From Chiloscyllium plagiosum (Eukaryota), in the NCBI RefSeq assembly GCF_004010195.1, contig NC_057719.1, positions 58,725,869 through 58,789,868 of the forward strand: a DNA stretch of 64,000 nucleotides, in the 5' to 3' direction. The notes beneath the pieces are model-generated. The model was not told the DNA's origin and did no database searches. It saw only the letters and a list, made by a program, of their open reading frames with translations. This document shows, piece by piece, positions 1 to 13,034 of this stretch. Position numbers and translations under genes: made by a program. How positions within the stretch are numbered: position 1 is the stretch's first letter; each line of letters starts with the position of its first letter.

Positions 1-566
1 ACCGCACCTGGAATATTGTGTGCAGTTCTGGTCTCCAAATTTGAGGAAAGACGTTCTGGCTATTGAGGGAGTGCAGCGTAGGTTCACGAGGTCAATTCCT
101 GGAGTGGCGGGATTACCTTACACTGAAAGACTGGAGCGACTGGGCTTGTATACCCTTGAGTTTAGAAGACTGAGAGGGGATCTGATTGAGACATATAAGA
201 TTATGAAAGGATTGGACACTCTGGCAGCAGGAAACATGTTTCCGCTGATGGGTGAGTGCCAAACCAGAGGACACAGTTTAAAAATACGGGGTAGACCATT
301 TAGGACAGAGATGAGGAGACACCTCTTCACTCAGAGAGTGGTGGCTGTGTGGAATGCTCTGCCCCAGAGGGCAGTGGAGGCCCAGTCTCCAGATTCATTT
401 AAGAAAGAGTTGAATTGAGCTCTCAAGGATTGTTGAATCAAGGTTTATGGAGATAAGGCAGTAACAGGATACTGATTAAGGATGATCAGCCATGATCATA
501 TTGAATGGTGGTGCAGGCTCGAAGGGCAGAATGGCCTACTCCTGCACCTATTGTCTATTGTCTATG
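1..566 (+). mobile_element. CR1-clade LINE 3' end
   Basis: ORF2 C-terminus (QFWSP..IEGVQRRFTR..RLRGDLIETYKI..TRGHSLK..FTQRVV..WNALP) and (CTATTGT)n tail. Confidence 0.9.
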
Positions 567-1264
567 TAAAAATATTGCCTCCAATTTCTGTTTAAGCCTT
601 TAAATATGGTTTGTCCAGTTTAGTCACTGGTCAATGGTAACCCCAGGATGTTGGTTGTGGGGAATCTGGGGTAGTAATTCCATTGAATATCAAAAGAGAA
701 CTGGCTTGATAATGTCCTGTAGGGGATAGTTATTGCCTGATATTTGTGTGGTGTGAATGATATTTGCCACTTGCCAGTTCACACCCATTGACTTGAATTT
801 TGTCATTTGGCCACATTTGGCCAAATCTTATGTTGGAGTTCGGGCAGTCAATCTCATTCTACTCAGGTGTGGAATTGTGGAAAGGTTTAGCTCAAAGCTA
901 GGTGCCAGGTTTCCTCCATGACCTGTGCATTTCCCCAACTCGTTAACTATTGCCAGCCTGACAAGTTCCTAGAGATTGATATCTCTCATTCTGTCCTATA
1001 GTGCAACCAGTTCCACCACCCCTGCTCCCCACACCACCAACACCACCACAACCAACTTCCTTAACCCTGACAATGGTGGTGTCTTTAACTGCCTTGGCTG
1101 GAAGGTCTAGAATTCCATTTCAAAACATTTCTCTTTTTTGATTGTTCCCCTTAATACCGACCCTGACATATAGATAATTGTTACATTACTTCCACTTTTA
1201 ACTCACTGCCAATGTACAGTTGGGATGGTCCTCACTTGAACTAAACCAGAGCTAGTGTGCTGGT

Positions 1265-1470
1265 AAGGGAGTAAGTTAGCTCAATTGATTGGATGACTGA
1301 TTTGTGATGCAGACTGACGCCATCAGCAAAGGTTCAATTTCCATACCAGCTGAGGTTACTATGAAGGACTTTCTTTCTCACCCTCTCCCCATCTCCCACA
1401 GGTTAAACCACCACAAGTTGAGTCTAATAAGAGAGTAGTCTTATGGTTGGTAGGTCTATGGCTATTTAGT
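1265..1470 (+). mobile_element. Degenerate tRNA-derived SINE
   Basis: A-box-like TTAGCTCAATTGATTGG and B-box-like GGTTCAATTTCC followed by a short body. Confidence 0.5.
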
Positions 1471-1689
1471 GTACAGGCAAATTATGACATTTGGGATTTA
1501 AGTAAAATAATTGGGGGGAGAGTTTGAGTATATTTTAATAGTTAGAGACAAAGAACAAGTAAACAGAGCAAGGTAGCAATAGAGGGAATGATAACCAGAG
1601 TGTAGCAGGATAGAACAGAACATAAAATGCAGGACCAAGTAAGGTCATAGAAGGAAAAAGTGGCTTGAATAAAGACAGAATTAAAGGCT

Positions 1690-3150
1690 GTTTTTCTGAG
1701 GTATGCTGCATTCATAACACGATGAATGAATCGATAGCACAAACTGAAATAAATAGGTTAGATATGATCGTAATTATGAGAGGTGTCAAGTTAACCAAGG
1801 CTAGGAATTAAAATATTGAAGGGGTAATTTTAAAAAGAAAAATTGGGTGAGTACATTTGGTTATAGAGAATGAAATCAGTAAATAATGGGAAAGGATCTT
1901 GGTTCAGAAGATCACAATGTGAAATCAGTTTGTGTGTAGAAAAGAAGTAGCGAGGAGAAAATAGTGGGAGTAGTTCACAGGATCTTAATAATAGATATAG
2001 AGTATAAATCGAGAAATATTGGAGGCTGAAGAAAAGGTGCATGAATTGTGAGCAATTTTAGTCTTTGTATAGATTGACAAACCAAAGTGAGGATGAATTC
2101 ACAGAGAGTACATGCAACAGCTTCTGAGAACAATGCATATTACAACCAACCAGTGATTAGAATAGTCTAGATGCTGTAATGTACCATAAGAGAATTAATT
2201 AATAATCTTGAATTATTAAATTCCAGATGATCAAATGTAGCATGATTTAATTTTATATTCATTTTGAGAATGGAAAAGTTGAGACTGAAACTAGTGTCTT
2301 AAATAAGAACAATTACCAAAGTGCAGAGACAGAATTCACTAACTGGGTGAAGTCCAAAATGAATACTCTGCATTAGTATTCACAAAGAAGAAGGATATGG
2401 TGGATGGCAAACCTCGAGAGGGTATATTGATATTCTAGGGCATGTCAATTTAAAAAAGGAGGAGGTGTTCGTTATTTTGAAAAGCATTAGTGTGGACGAG
2501 TCCCCAGGACCTGATAAAGTCTATCCCAGAATGCTGAGGGAGGACGATGAGGTAATTGCTGGGGCTTGTACAAATCTTAAAGTCCTCTTAAATTATAGAA
2601 GAGGTCCCAAAGGACTGGAGAATAGCCAATGTTGTTCCTTTGTTTAAGAAGAGAAACAGAGCTATTCCTTGAAATTACAGTCCGGTAAGCCTTACATCAG
2701 TGGTAGGAAAATTATTGGAGAAGATTCTTAGGGATAGGATTTACTTACATTTGGCAAAAGTTTGAATTTATTATTGATAAGGAGCATTGCTTTCTGTGGG
2801 TAAGATTGTGTCTCTTAAAACTTTGAGAAAGTGTCAAAGATGGTTGATGAGGGCAAGGTGGCAGATGTTGTCTGTTTAAAAATAATGTGTTTTCAATCGA
2901 AGATGGAGATGAAGAGGAATTTTGTCCCTTAGAGGGTCCTTAATCTTTAACATGGATTAAAAGCACTCTTGCAGAGCACATTTAAAGATTGGTCAGTTAA
3001 TTCATTTAGGTTTGTTCTACAAGGGAGTTGAGGGTTATAGCTGGCTGGCAGTAAAGTGGAGCTGAGAATCTGTTCAGTTCAATCATGATCTTATGTGACG
3101 GCGCAGGCTTGAGAAGTCAAAGGGCTCCTCATGCTCTGATTCCTTTTGTT
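1690..3150 (+). mobile_element. Decayed composite CR1 fragments
   Basis: Remnants such as ESPGPDKVYPRMLRE and NYSPVSLTSVVGKLLEKILRDRI, plus a CR1-type 3' tail near 3080-3150. Confidence 0.7.
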
Positions 3151-4239
3151 CACCAAGGAGAAAAGATCCACATGTAGAGTTAGCATATTTATGCAAAACT
3201 CTGTTTATATGCTATAATGTTCTAAGGTTTTGCTTTCTTATGTTTGGAAAGTGGGCAACGGATCCAGACTCTTCACAGTTTAACTGTTCAACTCGGAATC
3301 TATGTCGTGTCTGATGCAAGACTTTTGAAAGTAGTTCAAAAAAGCTGTACCTTCAGTAGAGTCATATGAGGAAACCATAAAGTAAAAAAAATATACAAAA
3401 TACCACAATAACCTTCATCTGATTAGTGTTTTAAGAAATCTTTAAAGCTAAAGTTTTGCTAAATTTTTTGCCTAAGTGAGAATCTAATTTTCTTTCTGAT
3501 ACCAGAAGCTATTAAGCAAGGTGCCCAGACATCCTTTCGCTCTGCTAAAAAGAAACCCAGACAGTTTTCACCATGAGTGCCAGCAGAAGCAGTAAGAGAA
3601 AAGGCCTTTCACTTACTCCCTGAAACTATTCCATCTCGTCATGACCGCAACTGTAGATGTAAATTCAGAGGTTGCCTGCATAGAGATAGAGGTAGAATGA
3701 TAAACTTACCATGGTGTCAATGAAGCTTCAAAGGATGAAAAGTGCAAACTGAATTTGTAATCTCTTGGAATTATTTCAGACTGTGAACCTGAAAGTTATA
3801 AAAACACTGTGGCTGAGGGACATATTTGTGACTTCCCCCTTTCAAAAATTCACAGGTACAGGGTTAGAAGTGAGCTTTAACTCTGGTCTGTGTGTGTTAA
3901 TGACCTGATGTTCTAGTGTGCTATGTGGGTCTAAAAACAGCACGACAGCAATACAGATAAAGAAGACCCCTCTCATTCTAAATCAGCCACTGCCAAAAAG
4001 AATCAGAATAAAACAGTTTCAATCAACTTACAAAGCCAAGAATCTTAAAATTGACTGTTCAGCTACAAAAATGAACGCGACTGGTAACATCCTCTACAAT
4101 GGCCATATCATTCAACTGTCCCTTCTTCATGATCAATTCAGAGACAGATCCTGATATCTTTTTTTATTTTTGTACTCTCTTATTTCTCATCTGTTTGTGT
4201 GTGCATTACTAGTTCTTGCATGTTTTAAGAATTCATTCA

Positions 4240-5310
4240 CAGGAAGATAGAAGAGAGAGGGTGGTGGTGGAGGGTTATTTTTCATACTGGAGGCCTATGA
4301 CCAGTGGAGTGCCACAAGGATCGGTGCTGGGTCCTCTACGTTTTGTCATTTGCATAAATGATTTGGATGCAAGCATAAGAGGTACAATTAGTAAGATGAC
4401 ACCAAAATTGGAGGGCTAGTGGACAGCGAAGAGGGTTATGTCAGATTACAACAGGATCTTGACCAGATGGGCGAATGGGCTGAGAAGTGGCAGATGGAGT
4501 TTAATTCAGATAAATGCGATGTGCTGCATTTTAGGAAAGCAAATCTTAGCAGGACTTATACACTTAAGGGGGTAAGGTCCTAGGGAGTGTTGCTGAACAG
4601 AGACCTTGGAATGCAGGTTCATAGCTCCTTCAAAGTGGAGTCGCAGGGAGATAGGATAGTGAAGAAGGCGTTTGGTATGCTTTCGTTTATTGGTCAGAGT
4701 ATTGAGTACAGGAGTTGGGAGGTCATGTTGCGGCTATACAGGATATTGGTTAGGCCACTGTTGGAATATTGCATGCAATTCTGGTCTCCTTCCTATCGGA
4801 AAGATGTAGTGAAACTTGAAAGGGTTCAGAAAAGATTTACAAGGATGTTGCCAGGTTTGGAGGATTTGAGCTACAGGGAGAGGCTGAACAGGCTGGGGCT
4901 GTTTTCCCTGAAGCGTCGGAGGCTGAGGGGTGACCTTATAGAGGTTTATCAAAATTATGAGGGGCATGGATAGGGTAAATAGGCAAAGTCTTTTCCCTGT
5001 GGTCCGTGAGTCCAGAACTAGAGGGCATAGGTTTAGGGTGAGAGGGGAAAGATATAAAAGAGATCAAAGGGGCAACGTTTTCACACAGAGGGTGGTATGG
5101 GTATGGAATGAGCTGCCAGAGGATGTGGTGGAGGCTGGTATAATTGTAACATTTAAGAGGCATTTGGATGGATATATGAATAGGAAGGGTTTGGAGAGAT
5201 ATGGGCTCTGTGCTGGCAGGTGGGACTAGATTGGGTTGGGATATCTGGTCAGCATGGACGAGTTGGACCGAAGGGTCTGTTTTCATGCTGTACATCTCTA
5301 TGACTCTATG
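4240..5310 (+). mobile_element. 5'-truncated CR1 LINE (RT C-terminal half and tail)
   Basis: [25 protein letters not shown] and RRLRGDLIEV across frameshifted ORFs; (CTCTATGA)n tail. Confidence 0.92.
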
Positions 5311-5324
5311 ATGAGGGATTCTCT

Positions 5325-5620
5325 GGCTAGAATCTCCCATCACTAATTGCCTAGAGCACTGTTCAGAGTCAACCACATTGCTGTGGGTCCAGAGTCATGT
5401 GTCCGCAAGTCTGGGTAAGAATGGCAGATTTCCTTTCTGAAAGGATATTAGTGAACTAGATGAGTTTTTCCGACAATTAACAATGGATTCATGGTCATCA
5501 TTAGACCCCTAATTCCAAATATTTATTGAATTCAAATTCCACCATCTGCAATGGTGGCATTTGAAGCCAGATCCCCAGAACATTATCTGGGTCTCAGGAT
5601 TAACAGTCCATTGCCTTCCC
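5325..5620 (-). mobile_element. SINE, same family as 48094-48420
   Basis: Reverse complement shares 'aatgttctggggatctggcttcaaatgcc..gatggtggaatttgaattcaataaa..tgactctggacccacagcaatgtggttgactct' with the 48-kb copy. Confidence 0.6.
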
Positions 5621-6318
5621 TAATTTGATAATTAATACACTCCCTCTTGTTAATTCAAGAAAACAATTTAATGTTGGTTTGAGAGAAAGATGTCCATAAG
5701 GGAAATTTTAAAATTAACGTTGTCCTGACCATCTGAAGAGAGTTTGTATTAGTGCCAGCCAAAGGAACCAGTTCACCTTTTACCTCATCCTGGAGCCAAC
5801 AGTTTGAGATATCCCATCTAGAACCTCACTGGTCATAACACCTATTAAGTCCACATACAAAAGAAAACTCTTATTATTCAATGACAGAACCAGTCACAGT
5901 TGCTGAATCTGACTCCATGCTTCAATGACTCTACTTCAGAAAGAGAATCTTCAATCAAATAAAATTCACAATAATATAGAGACTGATCACACTTTCATCC
6001 CTATACATAACTATTATCCTCATTGAATTTAAATCTTTGTATCTATATTTTAGCCAATAACTTTATCAGTTCTTACTGCATAACTTTCAACAATTGTTGT
6101 GTAATAAAGTAACATTGTATCTTGTTTGATGCATGATGTTGTGCTGCTGTTTTTGTTTAAACTGAAATACTCTAATTAAAAGAAACTACAAGGAGCTTAT
6201 ACACATTCTTATTTCAGTTACCACTATGAGGACATACAGTATATACTGTATAAATAATTTAAGTACACAAATTTAAAAAGGAAGAGTTAACTTGTCTTAT
6301 TTATTTATGTGCTTTCAG

Positions 6319-6549
6319 CTTACACAAGTCATTATCTCAAGAGGTCCCTGTCACCGACCAGTTCAACATTGCACTAAGCACTTACGATGAAGCTTTATGC
6401 GCTACCAAGGACATTATGTCAGCCACGCACCACGAAAATGAAGATCTTGCAAACCAGTTACAACTGGCTGTGGTAGAACAAGCAAACATGAAGATTAAAC
6501 TGCAGCAAGCCTTGGAAGCCAAAATCCAACTGAGTGAAAAAGTTCAGAA
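6319..6549 (+). CDS. MIPOL1: MIPOL1 penultimate coding exon (231 nt, symmetric phase), coiled-coil region
   Basis: Acceptor ttcag| and donor |gtaagt. Translates to LHKSLSQEVPVTDQFNIALSTYDEALCATKDIMSATHHENEDLANQLQLAVVEQANMKIKLQQALEAKIQLSEKVQ(K), which matches my recollection of the MIPOL1 C-terminus (LHKSLSQEE..DQFN..LSTYEEAL..NEKVQK). Not in the ORF track. Confidence 0.93.
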
Positions 6550-6714
6550 GTAAGTATGTATTTTGAAAATCTTCAAATAAATGAAGATATGGTTTCATAC
6601 AGTTTACTGTTGATTACATGCAAAATGAGTTTTAAAACTTCAGAAATTCTAGATTTTATTTATCACATGTTTTCTGAAGGATCTATTGATACTAATGTAA
6701 TGCTTCCAGTATAA

Positions 6715-6860
6715 AGCTTGGCTGAGTTGACAGCACTCTTGTCTTTAGCTTGGAAGGTTTACATTTAGACTCTACTTGGATTTGAGAAAATAATCTAAAC
6801 TCATACTACAGTATACTGCTGAGAGCTTGCTGCATTATCAGGTATTCAGTGAATGCAAAG
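6715..6860 (+). mobile_element. Degenerate SINE 5' part (SacSINE1/DeuSINE-like)
   Basis: tRNA-like head 'ttggctgagttgacagcactcttgtc' followed by 'ataatctaaactcatactacagtatactgctgagagcttgctgcatt'; family call from recollection of the consensus. Confidence 0.4.
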
Positions 6861-9289
6861 TTCTGGTCATGTTTGTCTTTTGTTTTTTTAACCTAACAGG
6901 TTTTCTGTTCAGTTATACACAAAGGAAAAGAACCTTTAATTTCTTCATAATTTATATATCCAATGCTTTTAAAGCACATTCATTTTTATTTACTTTTCAT
7001 ATTGTTATTACATAAAAATAATTTAAATTTCCTTTATTTAAAAAAAAGTTGAGAAAATGAATAGACAAAACAATAGAAATACTTTTTTCTATATTATCAT
7101 CTAGAACTGATGATTGATTATTATCCTAACTACAAACCCTTGGAGTTTATGTAGATTTAGAAATTCTGTTACTTAAAAAGTAAGTAGACTTTACAGGTTA
7201 CTCATCAACATTCAAGTCAATACATGCCTCAGAACCAATTTAATCAGCATTCACCTCACTGATGTTTATAGATCTTGATGTGTTATATTGGTTAACCAAC
7301 TTCAAATTTATTCAACATATGTAAAGCACTCTGACATATTTCTAACAAAATTTCATATGTCACTAATTGCAACACATAATTCATTCCTCTATCCATATTT
7401 TGTCTTGGCAATTTAAATTTTATTTGTCCTTGGATTAAAAAAAGGTCTGGAAATGTTCATTGTCACTTTTGCAATGTTCAAAAAATAGTATAAAATTAAT
7501 CAGAGAAATTTGTACTTCTATTATATTGTAGGTTTAACAGTCACTCTCAGAATAAAAAGTTTATAAATTTGTGGGGGACAAAATTACCTCTATGCTAATT
7601 GCATGGAACTCCAGAACAGGTTTGTAGTTTCTGGGAACTTTAGGGGTTATTTTGAGGGTTAATTCTGGGATTAACTTTATTTCTGCTCATAATAACAGCA
7701 CTATAATTCCATAATGCTTCCAATATTCAAAGTATACACAATGATACTGCTAGGAGATAGTTATAGTAATTGTGAGAGTTGAGGAACAACAGTTGGAGTG
7801 CTGACGATTCAATTCCCCATTGCAACAAGGGTTGTTAATGACTTACAAAGAGTTGTATCTGTTTGCAGCCTACAACCTGAAGAAACTTTGATGGTTCAAA
7901 AAGAACTTTAAAGTAGCTTTTCTTTTGCCTTATGCGTGGTTTGAGCTGGTTCATCACTGAGGGACACTAAGCTATTTTTGTTCCTAGTCACATTAAGTGA
8001 CAGGAAACTTAAAAGAGATGCTTTACATCATTAGGGGTCCAGACAGAGAAGACAGGAAGAAACTGTTTAAGTTGTCATGGTAACAAGTGGTTTCCTGTTT
8101 TGAGTTCCCCAATCAACATTCTGATTTCAATTTTAAAATGGGGCGGAGAAGCAATGAAAATGAATGAATGGAGTGTGGAGTAGCACATATAGAAAAGGTG
8201 CATACAATATAATGTACACCTGTAAGGGAATCACAGGTCGCACAGGTCCTGTAAAGATCTCAGTGAAGACTTCTGGATCAGAGGACAAGATTTGACAAAA
8301 GATATAGTTGAAGAACTCTAATATGTAAAGACCAGAAACCAAAATCACCAAGTCAGCTTTATCTGTTGCTGTGAGTGCAACCACTTTCATATATAATAAT
8401 CAAATGGTTGTGAGGATCATCCAAGATACCCTTCCAAAGAGCATTGGTTAAACAAGCATCACCCTTTTTGACCTGGTATGTTTTACTGGGTTGACATGAC
8501 GGTGTCAACTTTCCTATACAGGGTGTACTAGATGACATGCACATGATTTATGCTCCTAATTTAGATCCATTTCATTCTTAATTAGGAGTTTACCATTTGC
8601 TCAATGTTCAGCTCTGCAAGGAGAGCAGTCACAACAGAAGTAAGAATGGATAGCTTGTGATGATGAGGCTTACCACTTTGTTACCATAACCACTTAAACA
8701 ATTTCTTCCTGTCTTCTCTGTCCAGACTCCTCATGATTTAAAACATCTCTTTCAAGTTTCCTGTCAATCTTCTTGAATGAGAATAATCCTAGCTTCTTCA
8801 ACTTATTCATATAATTGATATCTCTCCTCCTGGTGTAGTTCACAGAAACCTTTTTAGCATCCTTTACATTCGATTAAATTACAATGCCCAGAATTGTAAA
8901 CAGTACTCCAATTATGACTGAACCAGTATTGGAGCACAATTACATGATACCAAAACTGACAGATTTAAAAAAGATTGAAAAGATTAGGGGTTTTCTTTCT
9001 CAAATAAAAAATGGTGGATGACCATGACAGCAATATTTTCATGATAAAAGGATTTAACATGTTATATATTTTTTGACTTGTGGTTGAAACCAGAGGTTAG
9101 GGTCGTAAATACAAGGTACTCAACAATAAATGTAATAGGAAATTCACGAGCAACATTTTTTAACTCAAAATGTGTGTAGAAATTGATACTCCTCCACAGT
9201 GAGCAGTTGAGGGAAATAATATAGATGTACTCAAGCAAAAGCTAGATATGTATGAGAGAGAACAGATTGGATGGGTTTGTTAAGGCAAT

Positions 9290-9845
9290 TGACCGATCAT
9301 CTCTGCCTGCTTCTGCCCGAATGAACTTATCACCTCTTATCTCAACTCTGTCCTCTCCCCTTTGGTCGAGGAACTCTCCAACCTATATTCGGGACACCAT
9401 CCATGCCATCCACCTTCTCCATGACTTTCAGTTATTCAGCCCCCAAAACCTCATCTTCACTATGGACATCCAATCTCTCTGCACCTGTATGCCCCATCTC
9501 TATCTCTTCCTCTCCTGCAGACCCAACCACTCCTCCTCCACTGACACTCTCATCCACCTTGACAACCTTTCCTTTCAATCCTCCTATTTCCTACAAACCA
9601 GAGGGGTAGTCATAGGTACCCACAAGGGTCCAAGCTCTGCCTGCATCTTCATAGGATACGTGGAACAGTCCCTCTTCTGCAGCTCCACCAGCACTATTCA
9701 TCCACCTTTTCCTCCACTATGTTGATGATTGTATCAGCATTGCATCATGCTCCCACAACGAGCTCAAACAGTTCATCTACTTCAACCCATACCTTCCATG
9801 TGACCTCAAATTCACTTGGACCGTTTCTGACAGTTCCCTCTCCTT
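9290..9845 (+). mobile_element. Penelope-like element reverse transcriptase remnant
   Basis: PTYIRDT..LIFTMDIQSL..P..FLQTRGVVIGTHKGPSSACIFIGYVEQSLF followed by frameshifted YVDDCI, matching PLE RT motifs. Confidence 0.8.
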
Positions 9846-10003
9846 CAAAGCAAATAGAAATTTCAGTAAATGTAAATACAAGAAACAAAAGTTTAAGTTG
9901 ACTTGAGCAGACAATATCTTAATTTAACATCTTACTTGTAAAGTAATATCTTTAACATACAATACTCTCTTAATACGATAGTAAACTGTTGGCCTTAGTT
10001 ATG

Positions 10004-10214
10004 ATTCAGAGATGCCGGTGTTGGACTTGGGTGTACAAAGTTAAAAATCACACAACACCAGGTTATAGTCGAACAGGTTTAATTGGAAGCACACTAGCTT
10101 TCGGAGCGACGCTCCTTCATCAGGTGATTGTGGAGGGCTCGATCATAACACAGAATTTATAGCAAAAATTTGCAGTGTGATGTAACTGAAATTATACATT
10201 GAAGAATTGATTGT
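10004..10214 (-). mobile_element. Short PLE terminal-repeat insertion with 18-bp flanking direct repeat
   Basis: CTGTTGGCCTTAGTTATG at 9986-10003 and 10215-10232. The body is near-identical to 18167-18349 in reverse complement. Confidence 0.8.
10092..10126 (-). ncRNA. Minimal type-I hammerhead ribozyme motif (intact core)
   Basis: Minus strand: CAC-CUGAUGA-A-GGAGC-GUC-GCUCC-GAA-AGCU-A-GUG. Stem I CAC/GUG, stem II GGAGC/GCUCC, palindromic AGCU stem III, UA cleavage site. Confidence 0.72.
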
Positions 10215-12544
10215 CTGTTGGCCTTAGTTATGTTGTCAAATCATAAACTAGGGCTTGGATTTTTAAACTGCTAATTTGAGACTCAGTTGGCTCTCTTCAG
10301 CATTTTGCTTTTGGAGAATATGTCGAATGCAAATCTTTAGACATTGATTTGAACAATGTTCTGTAACTAATTATACTCTTTTATCACCCCAAGTAACGCT
10401 ATGCCTTTAAAACAATAAAATAACCCAAGGGACTTCACAGAAGTATGTTAAAGCTAAATATGACACCCAGCCCCATAAAGTGTTAATAGGTTACCTAAGT
10501 TTGGTTACAGAGAGATTTTAACGAGTGTCTTAAGGAAAGAAATGTAGTTAGATAGTTTGATGTTTAAGGATAGAATTTGAGACCTAGCCAACTGACAGCA
10601 CAAGTGGCAGCGTGAAGCAGTTATAGTCAGGAATGTTTAAGAGACTAGAATTCCCAAGAAATTTCTGATCCATACTGCATGGCAATTCAATTTGTTAATT
10701 CCATGCCCCCTTAATTTACTAAGTAGCCTACCATGAGGTCAGAATCCTATGGAATGTTGTTTATGCCGTAAATGTTGAATGGCAAATTAGTATTACCCCT
10801 CCCCCCCAGCAAAACTTCTGGGAAATATTCTTTTCATGTTTCAAGTACTTTATCTCATTTAACTTGACTTACTTTTTTAATTTGTTATAAGTCTGACTTC
10901 CTGTTAAGGTCAAAATAATTTGCTTATGCTCATAGTCAGCCTGCCAACTGTATTTCTCAAGTTTTAAAGAAACCACTGTTTAGGAGTTGTTAACTTGACA
11001 ACAGCAGTAATGTAATTGCTATGTTGTGCCATTACCACCTAGTTAGCAGTTTTCTCCTGATGTTTAGAACCCAAACGCCTTAAATATCAATATAATGTCA
11101 GAAGATACAGGTTGTAACATAAGCTAAACAAGGTTGTCTATTAACATTTTGAAGGAACATTCCTGAATAATTTTCAATACAAAATCGTATAGTCCAACAA
11201 TAAATTGTTCTGAAGATTTGCAAATGTTGTATGTGATTTAATGCCAATCTCAATAAAGTTAATCTGTTCACCAAGAAAATAATAATCATCCATAAATACT
11301 ACAAATAAGTTCCACTGTTTGCTGTCGTTCAACTACATGAGGAATGTGTAACAAGTATTTTAAATGTATTAGGAAACTGACAGAAGGATTTGGTATCAGT
11401 TCTTGATATTGATTATCCACAGTCTATTAGATAATACATGAGTGCTATTGGCATGAAGTCTGAAAATGCCTGTTCATAATCTCGTTTGCAGCTTAGAACT
11501 AGGAAGACTAGTGCTGTAATCTTTCAAGGGTATCTAGAGAGTTTTGCAACAGTAGTGTCCCTATGCTTCAATGTCATACATATGTACTTCTTTATTCCTT
11601 GTTTGTGTATGTGTACGTATGTCTGTGCAAATATATTTATTTAAATTTTGTCAGCAAAGAATAAATTGCAGAAAAATAAGCTTATTTTCAGCATAGCAGT
11701 GTTGTTGTTGTTGATTAAACATACCCTCCACAATTCTCTCCAAGCACAGCTCGTTGAATCTGTAAAGGGTCATCTAAGGGTTCTTAGTACAGAGTAAACA
11801 GACTTCTGACAAACTTAGTTGGTTGATCACTTTGCTGGTTGAATTTGTAGGAAGGGTGAATGGACATAGACAGAGAGGTTTCTACAGCTTTTTAAGGAAA
11901 AATAATAGTATTCTGTTTAAAGATTTTACAAAACTGCTCAGTTTTGCTTCAGAGTTTACTTCAATTATGGGAATAAGTATCTTGGCAACAGGTTCATTAC
12001 AAAATGGCCACAGCCAGAGAGAAGCACAAAATTTCCGTTCGGTAAAATTGTTTGATTTTCTCTTTCTTTCCCCCAAAGCTTGAATTTAAGACTAGCATTA
12101 GGGTTGAAAGCAGCTAATACAAAATAAATATATTTTGTTCTTTTTTTGAACATTGACTACTAATAATGCCACCTCTAATTATTTATTCATCTCCTTTGCA
12201 TCCACATCTCCCGACACACCACCAATCCAACAAGTGCATGATCTCATCCTGGAGAAAACCTGAATCCTATCAACTTCTCAAATGCCTCAGTGTATTGATC
12301 ATCAAAAAAGCTTGGGTTTCTCTTTCTGCTGCAAGATTGTTTCTTTTATTGTCCCTTTCTCCTGGACACGGATTTTTAAACTTCTAATTTGTGGCTCAAT
12401 TGGCTCTCATCAGCATTTTATTTTTTGGAGAATACTTCCAATGCAAATGTTTAGACATTGATTTGAGTGATGATCTGTAACTAATTATACTCTTTTATCA
12501 TCCCAAGGTACGTTGTGCCTTTAAAATACTTTATTGAGTATTTC

Positions 12545-12754
12545 AATAGAGTTGAAGTTATGCCAATTCTTTTTTTTTTGTTTGTATTTTAACTGTTGTA
12601 AGAATGAAGTGTGTTTTGCTTAAAGCCTAGTAGTGGAACAATTGAATCATATCTGGAACACAGCGCCTTACACTTGCCTTTAAATAAAATACGATGTTAG
12701 GGTATAGGCTATCTTCTTGACATATTTTGAGTGGGCTTTGTCTGGCCCATAACA
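12545..12754 (+). mobile_element. Possible LTR 3' portion
   Basis: Contains AATAAA and ends ...GGCCCATAACA (CA terminus); no internal domains seen. Confidence 0.3.
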
Positions 12755-12859
12755 CTGCCTCTATTGTCACATCCCATGCTTCTCATCTGGACTACTGCCT
12801 CTAAGCCAATAGATCATAGGTTCAAGCATCACTCCAATCTAATTATGTCTGGTCACTTC

Positions 12860-12995
12860 ATTGGGAGAAGTTCTCCATTGTCAAAAGGTGCCATCTTTCA
12901 ATTCAAACACTAATCTGAGACATCTATCCTGATGCATACAAAAGATTCTGAGGTCCTGTTCGAAGGAAAACAGGGAGTTCTGCTCAGTCCATCAA
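12860..12995 (+). mobile_element. DeuSINE (AmnSINE1/SacSINE1-like) core fragment
   Basis: 'aggtgccatctttc..aaaagattc..ttcgaaggaaaacagggagttct' resembles the Deu domain as I recall it. Confidence 0.5.
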
Positions 12996-13034
12996 AGGTA
13001 CTATATGAATTCATGTCTTTCTCTTATTAAATAT

